A stretch of DNA of 42,761 nucleotides, from assembly GCA_013816255.1 (NCBI GenBank), contig JACDET010000003.1:10303-53063 (forward strand). The letters run 5' to 3'. Source of the DNA: Candidatus Levyibacteriota bacterium (GTDB lineage: Bacteria; Patescibacteriota; Microgenomatia; Levybacterales; UBA12049). Under the pieces are notes generated by a model. It did no database searches, was not told the origin of the DNA, and saw nothing but the letters and a program-made list of their open reading frames with translations. Numbering within the stretch: the first letter of the stretch is position 1; each line of letters begins with the position of its first letter. A program made the translations under genes and the position numbers. This document shows positions 24,632 to 33,136 of this stretch, one piece after another.

Positions 24632-24713
24632 TGCGGGCGAGAGGACTCGAACCTCCACACCTTTTGGGCACAAGTTCCTAAAACTTGCGTGTCTACCATT
24701 TCACCACGCCCGC
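24632..24713 (-). tRNA. tRNA-Leu(TAG)
   Basis: GCGGGCGTGGTGAAATGGTAGACACG; arm CAAGT-TTTAGGA-ACTTG; long variable arm; GGTTCGAGTCC. Confidence 0.96.
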
Positions 24714-24832
24714 ATTTTGTTGTGAATAATCAGTATTATACCTAACTTGGGAGGGAAAGTGAAAGGGTGGGATTGAATATCCTCCTTCGTGTAAAGCTAT
24801 TGAGGATTATGGCATTAATATATTAAAGCCAT

Positions 24833-24914
24833 AAAAAAATCCTCTCGTAGGTGTTTTGGGCACATACCAGAGGATCTGTTAAGGAGTATAACTTATAACT
24901 ATGGGCTTTGTCAA
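24833..24914 (-). ncRNA. Candidate small RNA or orphan leader: promoter followed by a ~45-nt terminated hairpin
   Basis: TTGACA-18-TATACT, then ATCCTCT...AGAGGAT and a T-tract; no ORF. Confidence 0.4.
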
Positions 24915-24925
24915 GGGGTAAATTT

Positions 24926-25501
24926 TTATTGTAATTGTGTCATGAAATGGTTGACGCTAAAGGCCCAACTGCCATTACTTCCTGGTGTGTACATCGTCAT
25001 TATTTGTTCAGGTGTCACAAGGCCTCTTGGTTTGTATCTTGTCGCGAGTCCTTTGGTTACTGTATAAATCCCCTCTTTATAATCTTTAAATCTTGTCACT
25101 TTGCCACCGTAAATTCCATAGCCCCAGCAGTTATATGAATTATGGGGAATTTTACGACAGAGGTTTGATTCTTGCATTGCTATTGCCGGAATCAGACGAT
25201 AGTCCAAACCGAACTCATCCGCCGCATCGACTATATCTCCAGCATTGGCTTCCAACGGAGAATTGTATTTGGCAAGGAACTGGCGTACACGTTCTTTCCG
25301 GCCGTCTTCTTGGGTTATATCCCCGGCCATAGTATTTTGTGATGTTGGTAGCGCTGCGTATGAAACAGTGTTGGTTCCGAGGACACCTTTGGTTGATGAT
25401 GTTTCACTATGTTGATAGAGAGCCAAAATAGTTATGAGAGAAAACACCAAAGCAAATGGGGCAATAAAGAAGAGCGCAGTACTGAATAGAATCTTCTTCA
25501 T
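24926..25501 (-). CDS. Membrane-anchored lysozyme-like/glucosaminidase-fold protein
   Basis: N-terminal TM; LDYRLIPAIAMQES, SYNCWGYG, YTP...W. Confidence 0.75.
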   Translation of the reverse strand: MKKILFSTALFFIAPFALVFSLITILALYQHSETSSTKGVLGTNTVSYAALPTSQNTMAGDITQEDGRKERVRQFLAKYNSPLEANAGDIVDAADEFGLDYRLIPAIAMQESNLCRKIPHNSYNCWGYGIYGGKVTRFKDYKEGIYTVTKGLATRYKPRGLVTPEQIMTMYTPGSNGSWAFSVNHFMTQLQ

Positions 25502-25589
25502 GGGTATTTCTTATGATCACATACAATGCTAGAGATTGTCAAGGGAGCGAGGTTCTGATAAAATCAATATGCTTCGCAGGATGCTAGCA

Positions 25590-25672
25590 GCCCAAGTGGT
25601 GAAATGGTATACACGCTGGCTTCAGGTGCCAGTGCTCGCAAGGGCGTGGAGGTTCAACTCCTCTCTTGGGCA
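25590..25672 (+). tRNA. tRNA-Leu(CAG)
   Basis: GCCCAAG/CTTGGGC acceptor; arm CTGGC-TTCAGGT-GCCAG; long variable arm. Confidence 0.96.
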
Positions 25673-25752
25673 CTGACATGCGTTTACCGTAACTCGTTAC
25701 ACGTCGTTAAGAAGCACTTCATCAGTGCGAGCACAGAGATGAATAAAAAAAT

Positions 25753-25835
25753 GCGGATGTGGTGAAATGGTATACACGCTACCTTGAGGTGGTAGTGCCA
25801 GAAATGGTGTGGAGGTTCAACTCCTCTCATCCGCA
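25753..25835 (+). tRNA. tRNA-Leu(GAG), integration site
   Basis: GCGGATG/CATCCGC acceptor; arm CTACC-TTGAGGT-GGTAG; 3' end overlapped by the recombinase ORF. Confidence 0.96.
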
Positions 25836-27355
25836 CTAGAGGGGAGATCCTGCTCGGTTAAGTAGCGAATAGATTGATATATCGGGCTAATCCTATGGTT
25901 CAATGTGCCATTATTGTCCCAAGCCAATCCTTCGGGGAACATTGAACCTATAAGTACTTTAGCCTGAGTTAGGGTTGCTCTTTTATACGCCTCCCCTAAG
26001 TCTGCAAGCATAGTTTTCATAAAAGCAGTAACCTCATCTATATTATATTTATCAAAGGTAGCGTCATCTTTGGCTATTTGCGCTTTTGTCATTTCACTCT
26101 CAATTAATGCATTTTGTTCCTTGAAGATTTCATCGGAATAGATTCCAGCTAAATTTTTCTGAACCAATAACTTTCTCGTAGCTTGAAGTTTGGCAATTTC
26201 ATCATCAGCACTGTTTTTAATATTTTGTAACCTCCCATGTCTTTCATAATATGCTTTATAGACAAACGTAATAAAGAGATTCAAACATTCTTTTTTCGGA
26301 GTAGTTTCTTTCAATACCTGCATAAGGGCATTTTCAAGCACAAGTGGCTTAATTGCTCTCCCCTTGCATGATCCACTACATCGATAGTAGGCATATTTAC
26401 CACCATGTCCTTTACTCCATCCTCCAGTTAAGCCCTTTCCGCAGAGAGCACATTTAATAATTCTTCTTAACGGTAAGGTTGGGTTGTCATGATTTCTGTG
26501 TGCCAATGCAACCTGATTCACATTTCTTCCGTCAAGTATTGCCTGTACTTTATAAAATTGTTGCTCAGTAATCATAGGAACGAAATTGCCTTTTACCTGC
26601 TCCTTGTAGGTTTTTGATGCGAGTATTCCCATATAGAACTTATTTCTAAAGAGTTTATTAACTCTTTGCGTACATAAAACATATTCTTTATCCCCCTGCT
26701 TCGCTCTAAGGCCGCTATCATTCATAAGATCCCTCATTTCCTTGAGAGATTTTGTTCCTGTTGCCATTAAATCCCACGCGGCTTTCATCTTATCCCATGT
26801 TTGAGGATTTTTAACTGCATATCCAGCTTCTACTTTGTAGCCAAGTGGTGCTTGCCCTGTAACAATCATGCCTGCCATAAATCTAGCTTTTAAACCATTT
26901 TTTGCTCTTTCACTGCGTATATCGTTATCAAGTTGAGCAAAACCCGCAAGTATTGTTTCAACTAATTTTTCTGTAGGTGAGTCTCCTGTTGGCTCTGTTG
27001 AGGAGATAATGTTCACGCCGTTTTCCCCGAGTTTCTTACGGATTGCTAAATAATCAGCAGTTATTCTTGAAATTCTATCCAATCGGTAGACAAATACTGC
27101 CTGAAATTTGTTTTTATTTTTTCTGGAGTATTCAAGGAGACTGATAAGCACAGGTCTTCCTATAATATTTTTAGCTGATCGCCCTTCTTCTCTAAAAACT
27201 TCAATAATTTCATAACCTCTTTTTTCAGCTTCTTTCCGACAGATTTCTTCTTGAGTATTTAAAGAAAAGTTATCAACTTGTTCTTCAGTTGATACACGAA
27301 GATAGAGAACTGCTTTTTTTCCATCCGCATACGTTGTAGGTGCTTGTAATTTCAT
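25817..27355 (-). CDS. Large serine recombinase (integrase)
   Basis: YLRVSTEEQ catalytic Ser, VYRLDRISR, APLGY, recombinase domain, Zn ribbon CALC...YYRCSGSC, coiled coil; stop lies inside the tRNA T-loop. Confidence 0.95.
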   Translation of the reverse strand: MKLQAPTTYADGKKAVLYLRVSTEEQVDNFSLNTQEEICRKEAEKRGYEIIEVFREEGRSAKNIIGRPVLISLLEYSRKNKNKFQAVFVYRLDRISRITADYLAIRKKLGENGVNIISSTEPTGDSPTEKLVETILAGFAQLDNDIRSERAKNGLKARFMAGMIVTGQAPLGYKVEAGYAVKNPQTWDKMKAAWDLMATGTKSLKEMRDLMNDSGLRAKQGDKEYVLCTQRVNKLFRNKFYMGILASKTYKEQVKGNFVPMITEQQFYKVQAILDGRNVNQVALAHRNHDNPTLPLRRIIKCALCGKGLTGGWSKGHGGKYAYYRCSGSCKGRAIKPLVLENALMQVLKETTPKKECLNLFITFVYKAYYERHGRLQNIKNSADDEIAKLQATRKLLVQKNLAGIYSDEIFKEQNALIESEMTKAQIAKDDATFDKYNIDEVTAFMKTMLADLGEAYKRATLTQAKVLIGSMFPEGLAWDNNGTLNHRISPIYQSIRYLTEQDLPSSADERS

Positions 27356-27747
27356 GTACTGCCTTTCTCGTGTAACAATTCCTGTAATGTTGATCCATCA
27401 AAGATTGTTTTTTCATAATCATCCAGCCAACTACATGCTAAAAATTGGATAGCACTTGTCATATCCCTTATTTGTTCATCGGTAAAGTTATTTGCCAAAC
27501 CTCCTAGTATTTCCTTTGTTTTCTTAAGATTTTTTTCATCATGTTTTTGTTCTGGGAATAAATCGTCAAGAGATTTCTTAAGAGATTGAGAATTATTTTT
27601 TAGGTTGATTTGTTGATCCTCTGGATTTGGTGTAGCTGCTTCTAATACTTCTGTTATTGGGGCGATGATTTTCTCCTCAAAAACTCTATTTGACATATTT
27701 GGAGGCTGGGATGTAAATGAAGAATTTTTAAATAAAGAAGTTTGCAT
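27352..27747 (-). CDS. Hypothetical protein translationally coupled to the recombinase
   Basis: ATGA 4-nt overlap with the recombinase start; C-terminal WLDDYEKTIFDGSTLQELL. Confidence 0.75.
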   Translation of the reverse strand: MQTSLFKNSSFTSQPPNMSNRVFEEKIIAPITEVLEAATPNPEDQQINLKNNSQSLKKSLDDLFPEQKHDEKNLKKTKEILGGLANNFTDEQIRDMTSAIQFLACSWLDDYEKTIFDGSTLQELLHEKGST

Positions 27748-28014
27748 ACACTATCGTTATATAGATAGTATATATCTAAATATAGATAGTTGTCAAGGTA
27801 TCGCTATTGTAATTAGCTACATTTATAGCCTCAAATGCTTTGTAGCACCACCTCTTTTAGAAACCTCTTCGGTTTCTCTGGTCAAGGATAAATGCACGAT
27901 GGTCGCGGCCATCGTCCTTGACCATTCACTTCCCGCTAGGACTGCTGTCATGTACGTCGGGCGCGGGCACGCGCCCAACAACAAACAATTATGAAAACGA
28001 AAGGGGGTGAAGTT

Positions 28015-28440
28015 ATGACAATACAAGAACGAGAAGACGCATTAGGAAAATTTGTAGAACGAGAGATATATGTCTGCCAGTCTGCGTTAGTTGAAGAGGC
28101 ATTAAAAAAGCAGATTTTCTCAATAGATGATCTTGAGAATAAGTATCGGCCGTTTGATGGAAGGTTAATAACTCCGAATGTTTGCGTTCGGTGTCAAGGT
28201 GAATTCATTTGTCTTGACAGTGAGACCGGAGAATGTGAGTCTTGCTTTGAGGATCACCAAGAACCACAGGATATTTATGAATGGTGGTTAGTTTCTCCGT
28301 GGTTTAGTAAAAGATTACTAATGGAAGGTGAGCCGATTTTGGATAACGATTATGGTATATGGTGGGGGCGTTGTACCACAGGACAGGCTACAAGCATGGA
28401 TTACGTCATACAGAAAATCTATGACGATATTATGCAGTAA
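28015..28440 (+). CDS. Hypothetical protein with CxxC...CxxC zinc finger
   Basis: SD AAGGGGGTGA before ATG 28015; CVRC...CESC; Trp-rich EWWLVSPW and WWGRCTTGQA. Confidence 0.75.
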   Translation: MTIQEREDALGKFVEREIYVCQSALVEEALKKQIFSIDDLENKYRPFDGRLITPNVCVRCQGEFICLDSETGECESCFEDHQEPQDIYEWWLVSPWFSKRLLMEGEPILDNDYGIWWGRCTTGQATSMDYVIQKIYDDIMQ

Positions 28441-28452
28441 TGGAGAGTGGAA

Positions 28453-28483
28453 ATAGTGGGGCATAGCTTACATGCCCCACTAT
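28453..28483. terminator. Perfect hairpin between convergent genes
   Basis: ATAGTGGGGCAT-7-ATGCCCCACTAT (12-bp stem). Confidence 0.7.
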
Positions 28484-29262
28484 CCCAAAGATGCTACAGC
28501 GGTAGTTATATTTACAAATCCTCTCTTTTGTACCTCTTCAGCGGTTGAAAGGTAAAACTTTATGTCGGCTTGTTCTTCGTTGAGTATTTTGGCAATGTAA
28601 TAAGTAAGCATTCGTTTAACTTTTTCATCAGGACAAATAAGAAGCATTGACGGGAAAGGCTTATCAGTGCTTTCTTCCCACTCACTACTCTGACAATAAG
28701 CAAAATACTGGCGTACAATGCCTTTTGCGATGTATAGACGAGGTGTCGGATCAATAATGGTTGTGAAACAACGCTTGATGCCCTGTGGCCGTTTAATGGC
28801 GATATAGGCGTCCAGTATGTCTTGAGGAAAGTAGTCATAGTCCGTTAGGGTATTTTTTGTTTCAAAAGTGATTGTCTCGTCGTGTTTCTTTTGTGATAGT
28901 AGCGTGAGATAGACATCTGCGATAAGGAGGCAATGGTCAATAAAGGTTTGTGATCTGTGCTTTTCTCGATATATTTTGTTTAAAATTGCAAGAGAATAGC
29001 TATTGGTAGATTTTAAGAGTTTACGGGCTTTTTTGGTTAATGTATATACGGCTGGTTTTTTGATAATTGTTTGTTTATCATAGTATCTCTGGAGGTATTC
29101 TTTTTCTGTTAGCTCTGTTAGCCAGGTATTGATACGGGTGTGGTTTTTGTGGTTGAGTAGTTTTTGGAATTGATGAGTATGAAGGAAACGGAATTTATAT
29201 AATAGGAAAAGGATAGTGTTTTGCGTATTAGTTATGTCTTTTTTTTGCATACTATTATTCAA
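28480..29262 (-). CDS. Replication-relaxation (Replic_Relax-like) protein, putative relaxase
   Basis: N-terminal wHTH (ILFLLYKFRFL..Q...YTLT), IDHCLLIADVY, PD-(D/E)xK-like LDAY, FPSMLLIC; position near the coupling protein. Confidence 0.75.
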   Translation of the reverse strand: MNNSMQKKDITNTQNTILFLLYKFRFLHTHQFQKLLNHKNHTRINTWLTELTEKEYLQRYYDKQTIIKKPAVYTLTKKARKLLKSTNSYSLAILNKIYREKHRSQTFIDHCLLIADVYLTLLSQKKHDETITFETKNTLTDYDYFPQDILDAYIAIKRPQGIKRCFTTIIDPTPRLYIAKGIVRQYFAYCQSSEWEESTDKPFPSMLLICPDEKVKRMLTYYIAKILNEEQADIKFYLSTAEEVQKRGFVNITTAVASLG

Positions 29263-29432
29263 TATTCCTTTATAGGGATAGCATGTCAGACTTTCTTATA
29301 AAATAGCTTCAATTTAAAGCTAATTTTGCATACAACGTCTTATACATTTTTATAATGTCCGAACATTATATCACTTGACTCACCCTATATAACCTTATAT
29401 AATCTTATATATATCTTGTATAAGGTGCGTAT

Positions 29433-30488
29433 ATGAAAAAATTTGAAGCTAGATTAGACAATGTATCACATGAAGTTTGGGCAAAAATAACGCAAATTGA
29501 AGAATTAAAAGGCAGATGGAGTGCTGGCACTAACCTCAGCCCTCAAACTTTGGGACGGTTAAAACGTTCTGTTTTGATTACTTCAACAGGGGCATCTACG
29601 CGTATTGAAGGTTCTAAACTCTCTGATGAAGATATCGAGAAGATGCTTCGAGGTATATCTATCCAAAAATTTACCAATCGAGACAAGCAAGAAGTACAAG
29701 GATACTACGAATTGCTTCAGAATGTTTTTGAGAGCTGGGAAGAACAACGACTTGGAGAGGGGTTGATCAAGCATTTTCATAAAGAACTGCTGAAATATGT
29801 TGAAAAAGATATACTTCACAGGGGCGATTATAAAAAACAGGAGAACAAAGTAGAAATGATTGATGCTGAGGGGAAATCTATTGGGACACTTTTTGCTACC
29901 ACTCTTGCATACCTTACGCCAAAAGAAATGACAGAGCTTGTTGAGTGGACAAAACAAGCAATAGATGAAAAAAAGTACCATCCTCTCCTTATTGTTGGTA
30001 ATTTCATTGTTGAGTTTCTCAATATCCATCCGTTTCAAGATGGAAATGGGAGACTATCTAGAGTCCTCACAAATTTATTGTTATTACAACAAGGTTATTT
30101 ATACATGCCCTATGTGTCTCACGAAAAACTTATTGAAGATAACAAACCAGACTATTATTTAGCTTTGAGAAAGAGTCAAAAAACATTCAAAACTGCTAAA
30201 GAAGATGTCAACCCTTGGCTAAATTTCTTCTTAACCATCTTCTTAAAGCAATCACAGATGGCTATTGGTTTAATTACAGCAGAAAATATAGAAACACTAC
30301 TCTCCCCGAAGCAATTAGCCGTATGGGAATATTTACAAACTGTCGAGGAAGCAAGTCCCCAGGATATATCTGATAAAGCAGCTGTTGCTCGTCCTACAGT
30401 GAATCAAGTATTGAACAAACTTTTAGATTTGAAAAAGGTCGAACGAATTGGTGAAGGCTCAGCAATTCGCTATAGAAAGACCACGTAA
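29433..30488 (+). CDS. Fic family protein with N-terminal inhibitory motif and C-terminal HTH
   Basis: HPFQDGNGRLSR; STRIEG inhibitory-type motif; C-terminal wHTH. Confidence 0.95.
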   Translation: MKKFEARLDNVSHEVWAKITQIEELKGRWSAGTNLSPQTLGRLKRSVLITSTGASTRIEGSKLSDEDIEKMLRGISIQKFTNRDKQEVQGYYELLQNVFESWEEQRLGEGLIKHFHKELLKYVEKDILHRGDYKKQENKVEMIDAEGKSIGTLFATTLAYLTPKEMTELVEWTKQAIDEKKYHPLLIVGNFIVEFLNIHPFQDGNGRLSRVLTNLLLLQQGYLYMPYVSHEKLIEDNKPDYYLALRKSQKTFKTAKEDVNPWLNFFLTIFLKQSQMAIGLITAENIETLLSPKQLAVWEYLQTVEEASPQDISDKAAVARPTVNQVLNKLLDLKKVERIGEGSAIRYRKTT

Positions 30489-30531
30489 TTAGAGGAACCT
30501 TTGCATGTGTGTTCAGCTTTTATTCTTTTGA

Positions 30532-33078
30532 TCAAAAAAGCAACGTTTCCTCCGGCAAAACCCTTTTTGGTCCTCTTTTTGTTTCTTTTTTTTGTTTGGT
30601 TGGCATCGTTTGTGTAAAAAATGTTTTCTGAATTTCTTGCTCAACATGTCTTTTTTCACTTGCGTATTGCTTTCTTGAGTAATTCCTCATTTTGTCAATG
30701 AATACTTTGTTTTGTGGGATTTCTTGATAAATTGTTTCTCCTGAAAAGCAGTCTTGTGGCGTATCGTTATTGATCTTCATGTAAAAATGATATGGAGGAA
30801 GATTGGTAATCTCATTTTTTGCGATGCTGGGTGCAAAGAATGACAGGATAAATTCTTCATCAAGGGGTCCCCCTGTTCGGAAACTAATAATACTTCCCGT
30901 ATTAGCAAGTATCACTTTTACCAAATCATGATCTTCAATCTGGGCAATCGTTTGATGTGCCAGGATGGCGTTTAATCGATACTTTCGCGCTTCACTCATG
31001 ATCTGTGCAAAGGAGCTCGTCGCAAAGTTTTGAAATTCATCGATATAAAGATAAAAGTCCTTTCGTTGATTTTCAGGAATTCGTGCCCGTTTCAATGCTG
31101 CAAGTTGAACGCCTGCTACGATGAGTGATCCAAACATAGTACTCATATCCTCTCCAATATTCCCTTTGGTAAGATCGCATAAGAGAATTTTGCCTGAATC
31201 CATAATGTCTGAGAAATCTAGTTTTGTTTCTTTTTGTCCTAAGATATTGGCCGCAAGAGATGAAGTGAGAAATTTACCAATTTTGTTAGTAATTGGTGCG
31301 ACTGCATCGGCTTTTTGGAAAGATCCCATTTGGGCAAATTCTTTTGTCCAGAAGAGTTTTAACATCTGGTTCTTGAGTGTGGCGACAACCTTTTTTCGAT
31401 AAACTACATCAACAAGGAGTTGTTGAATAGTAAAGAGAGTTGGTTGTTCGGTTTCAAGAGCTGTCAGAATGGTATTCCGAAGAATGTATTCCATGCGGGG
31501 TCCGGTAAATCTGGCTGCATACATTTTTGTAATAACTGAGATGAGATTACTCGTAACATGCTCTTTTTGTCGCTGCAGTTCATTTGCCGTAAGATCTTTT
31601 GGAAGAGCGAGTAAATTAAGCCCAATAGGAAACTCAGTGTCATCAGGATCAAAGAGAATTACATCTTTTGCTCGGTCTTTTGGAATAAGTGGTAATATCT
31701 GTTCAATTAAATTTCCATGCGGATCAATTACGCACACGCCTTTGCCGTTTTTTATATCCTCACGAATCATAGTTGCAAGCAGTGTTGTCTTTCCCATCCC
31801 TGTTGCACCGAGGACGTAGACATGACGGCGACGTTCGTCTTTGGTCAGGCCTATTTGTGTTACTGTCTCAGCAAAAGTATTATGCGCAAAAAAGATGTCG
31901 AACGGTTTATTTGTCTTTTTCAAACTAAGTGGTGCGGGAAGGAGTGTGCTTTTACTTTTGACAATATCTTCAGTTTGATTTAAAACTGTTGGGAAATGAA
32001 AAAGTCCGGCGATTTCTGTAGCAGAAAGAACAGGATTATCTGATAGCGCAAGCAATCGGTATTTCAGTTGTAGAAAGAACAATCTCCTTAACCAAGAGAA
32101 TTTTATAAGCATAGGAAATGATTTTTTTACACGGAGTTCTTGCTGATTGGTGCTTCGGAAACTTGCAAAGGAAGTAAAAAGTCCTTGCATACGAGAAGTG
32201 ATATCTTTTTCACTTTGTTGCGAAACGTACAGTCGAATTGTTGCTGCAAAGAGTTCTTTTTGTATTTTTTCATCAGTTTCTTTTTTATCTTGCTTCTTTG
32301 GTGCAAATAACCACAGAGGAGAGGCTTCAGTTTTATTATCATGTGACATGAGCCAGCTTAAAAAGGTGATTGGCGTAAGAAGAATGAAGGCAACTACATT
32401 AAGAAGCAGTATTCCCGGCGGAATATTTCGTTTCGTCCGTGGCGTAATAATGTATTGCACTGCAATGAATTCTCCATAATTAAGTTTGGTCATTTGTCCT
32501 GTGATATACGACATCGGATCATGCTGATCGAGATGCGTTTGCTCTTGAAGTGAATGAGCAAAACCTTTTGTTAATTTGAGCGTAACTGTCCGCCAGTATT
32601 GCTGTACATGCGTTTTCACCTTTATTGGGAGATAATCATCAACGATAGTAATTCGTGCGCCGGGAAGAAAAGAGAGTAAATGTTTTTTGATAACATCAGC
32701 GTCCGCAGGAGCAACCCGAATAAGAAACCTTATACCTGATTCTTTATTGGACACAATTTCAAGAGCAATATGTTTATTTTTTCCAAACAGTTTTTCAGCA
32801 ATTGATCGTTGTTGCAGGAGTGCATGCAAAGTTGCTAAAAACTGCTCAGTCGCAAGGGGGCTTTGTTTTGCATTATGTGGTGGAGTAATTTCGAGTAATA
32901 AGTGATCTGATCGAACTTTTAGCCAGGTCAGTATTAGCTTACAAATTAGAGCAATAATGAAACAAAAAATAGAGATAAGAATTAATAAATTGGTAAATAG
33001 TTGATAGTTATACACAGCTTTTTGAGGCAGATTGTTATAGAGGACAGTTTTATTACAAAAGGAAGAGTATAATAACAA
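30532..33078 (-). CDS. Type IV coupling protein-like ATPase (VirD4/TraD); start uncertain
   Basis: N-terminal TM; RRRHVYVLGATGMGKT (Walker A), IDPHG, YIDEFQNF (Walker B), EARKY, AHQ. Confidence 0.88.
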   Translation of the reverse strand: MLLYSSFCNKTVLYNNLPQKAVYNYQLFTNLLILISIFCFIIALICKLILTWLKVRSDHLLLEITPPHNAKQSPLATEQFLATLHALLQQRSIAEKLFGKNKHIALEIVSNKESGIRFLIRVAPADADVIKKHLLSFLPGARITIVDDYLPIKVKTHVQQYWRTVTLKLTKGFAHSLQEQTHLDQHDPMSYITGQMTKLNYGEFIAVQYIITPRTKRNIPPGILLLNVVAFILLTPITFLSWLMSHDNKTEASPLWLFAPKKQDKKETDEKIQKELFAATIRLYVSQQSEKDITSRMQGLFTSFASFRSTNQQELRVKKSFPMLIKFSWLRRLFFLQLKYRLLALSDNPVLSATEIAGLFHFPTVLNQTEDIVKSKSTLLPAPLSLKKTNKPFDIFFAHNTFAETVTQIGLTKDERRRHVYVLGATGMGKTTLLATMIREDIKNGKGVCVIDPHGNLIEQILPLIPKDRAKDVILFDPDDTEFPIGLNLLALPKDLTANELQRQKEHVTSNLISVITKMYAARFTGPRMEYILRNTILTALETEQPTLFTIQQLLVDVVYRKKVVATLKNQMLKLFWTKEFAQMGSFQKADAVAPITNKIGKFLTSSLAANILGQKETKLDFSDIMDSGKILLCDLTKGNIGEDMSTMFGSLIVAGVQLAALKRARIPENQRKDFYLYIDEFQNFATSSFAQIMSEARKYRLNAILAHQTIAQIEDHDLVKVILANTGSIISFRTGGPLDEEFILSFFAPSIAKNEITNLPPYHFYMKINNDTPQDCFSGETIYQEIPQNKVFIDKMRNYSRKQYASEKRHVEQEIQKTFFTQTMPTKQKKETKRGPKRVLPEETLLF

Positions 33079-33136
33079 AAAACTATATTTTTGTACAGAA
33101 GCTTCGCACTTAAATTTGCAGGTACATTAATTGCTA

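Noticed and set aside
27665-28026. ORFs 27665-27994 (+) and 27823-28026 (-)
   Set aside because: They overlap better-supported genes and cross a hairpin-rich intergenic region without protein-like motifs.
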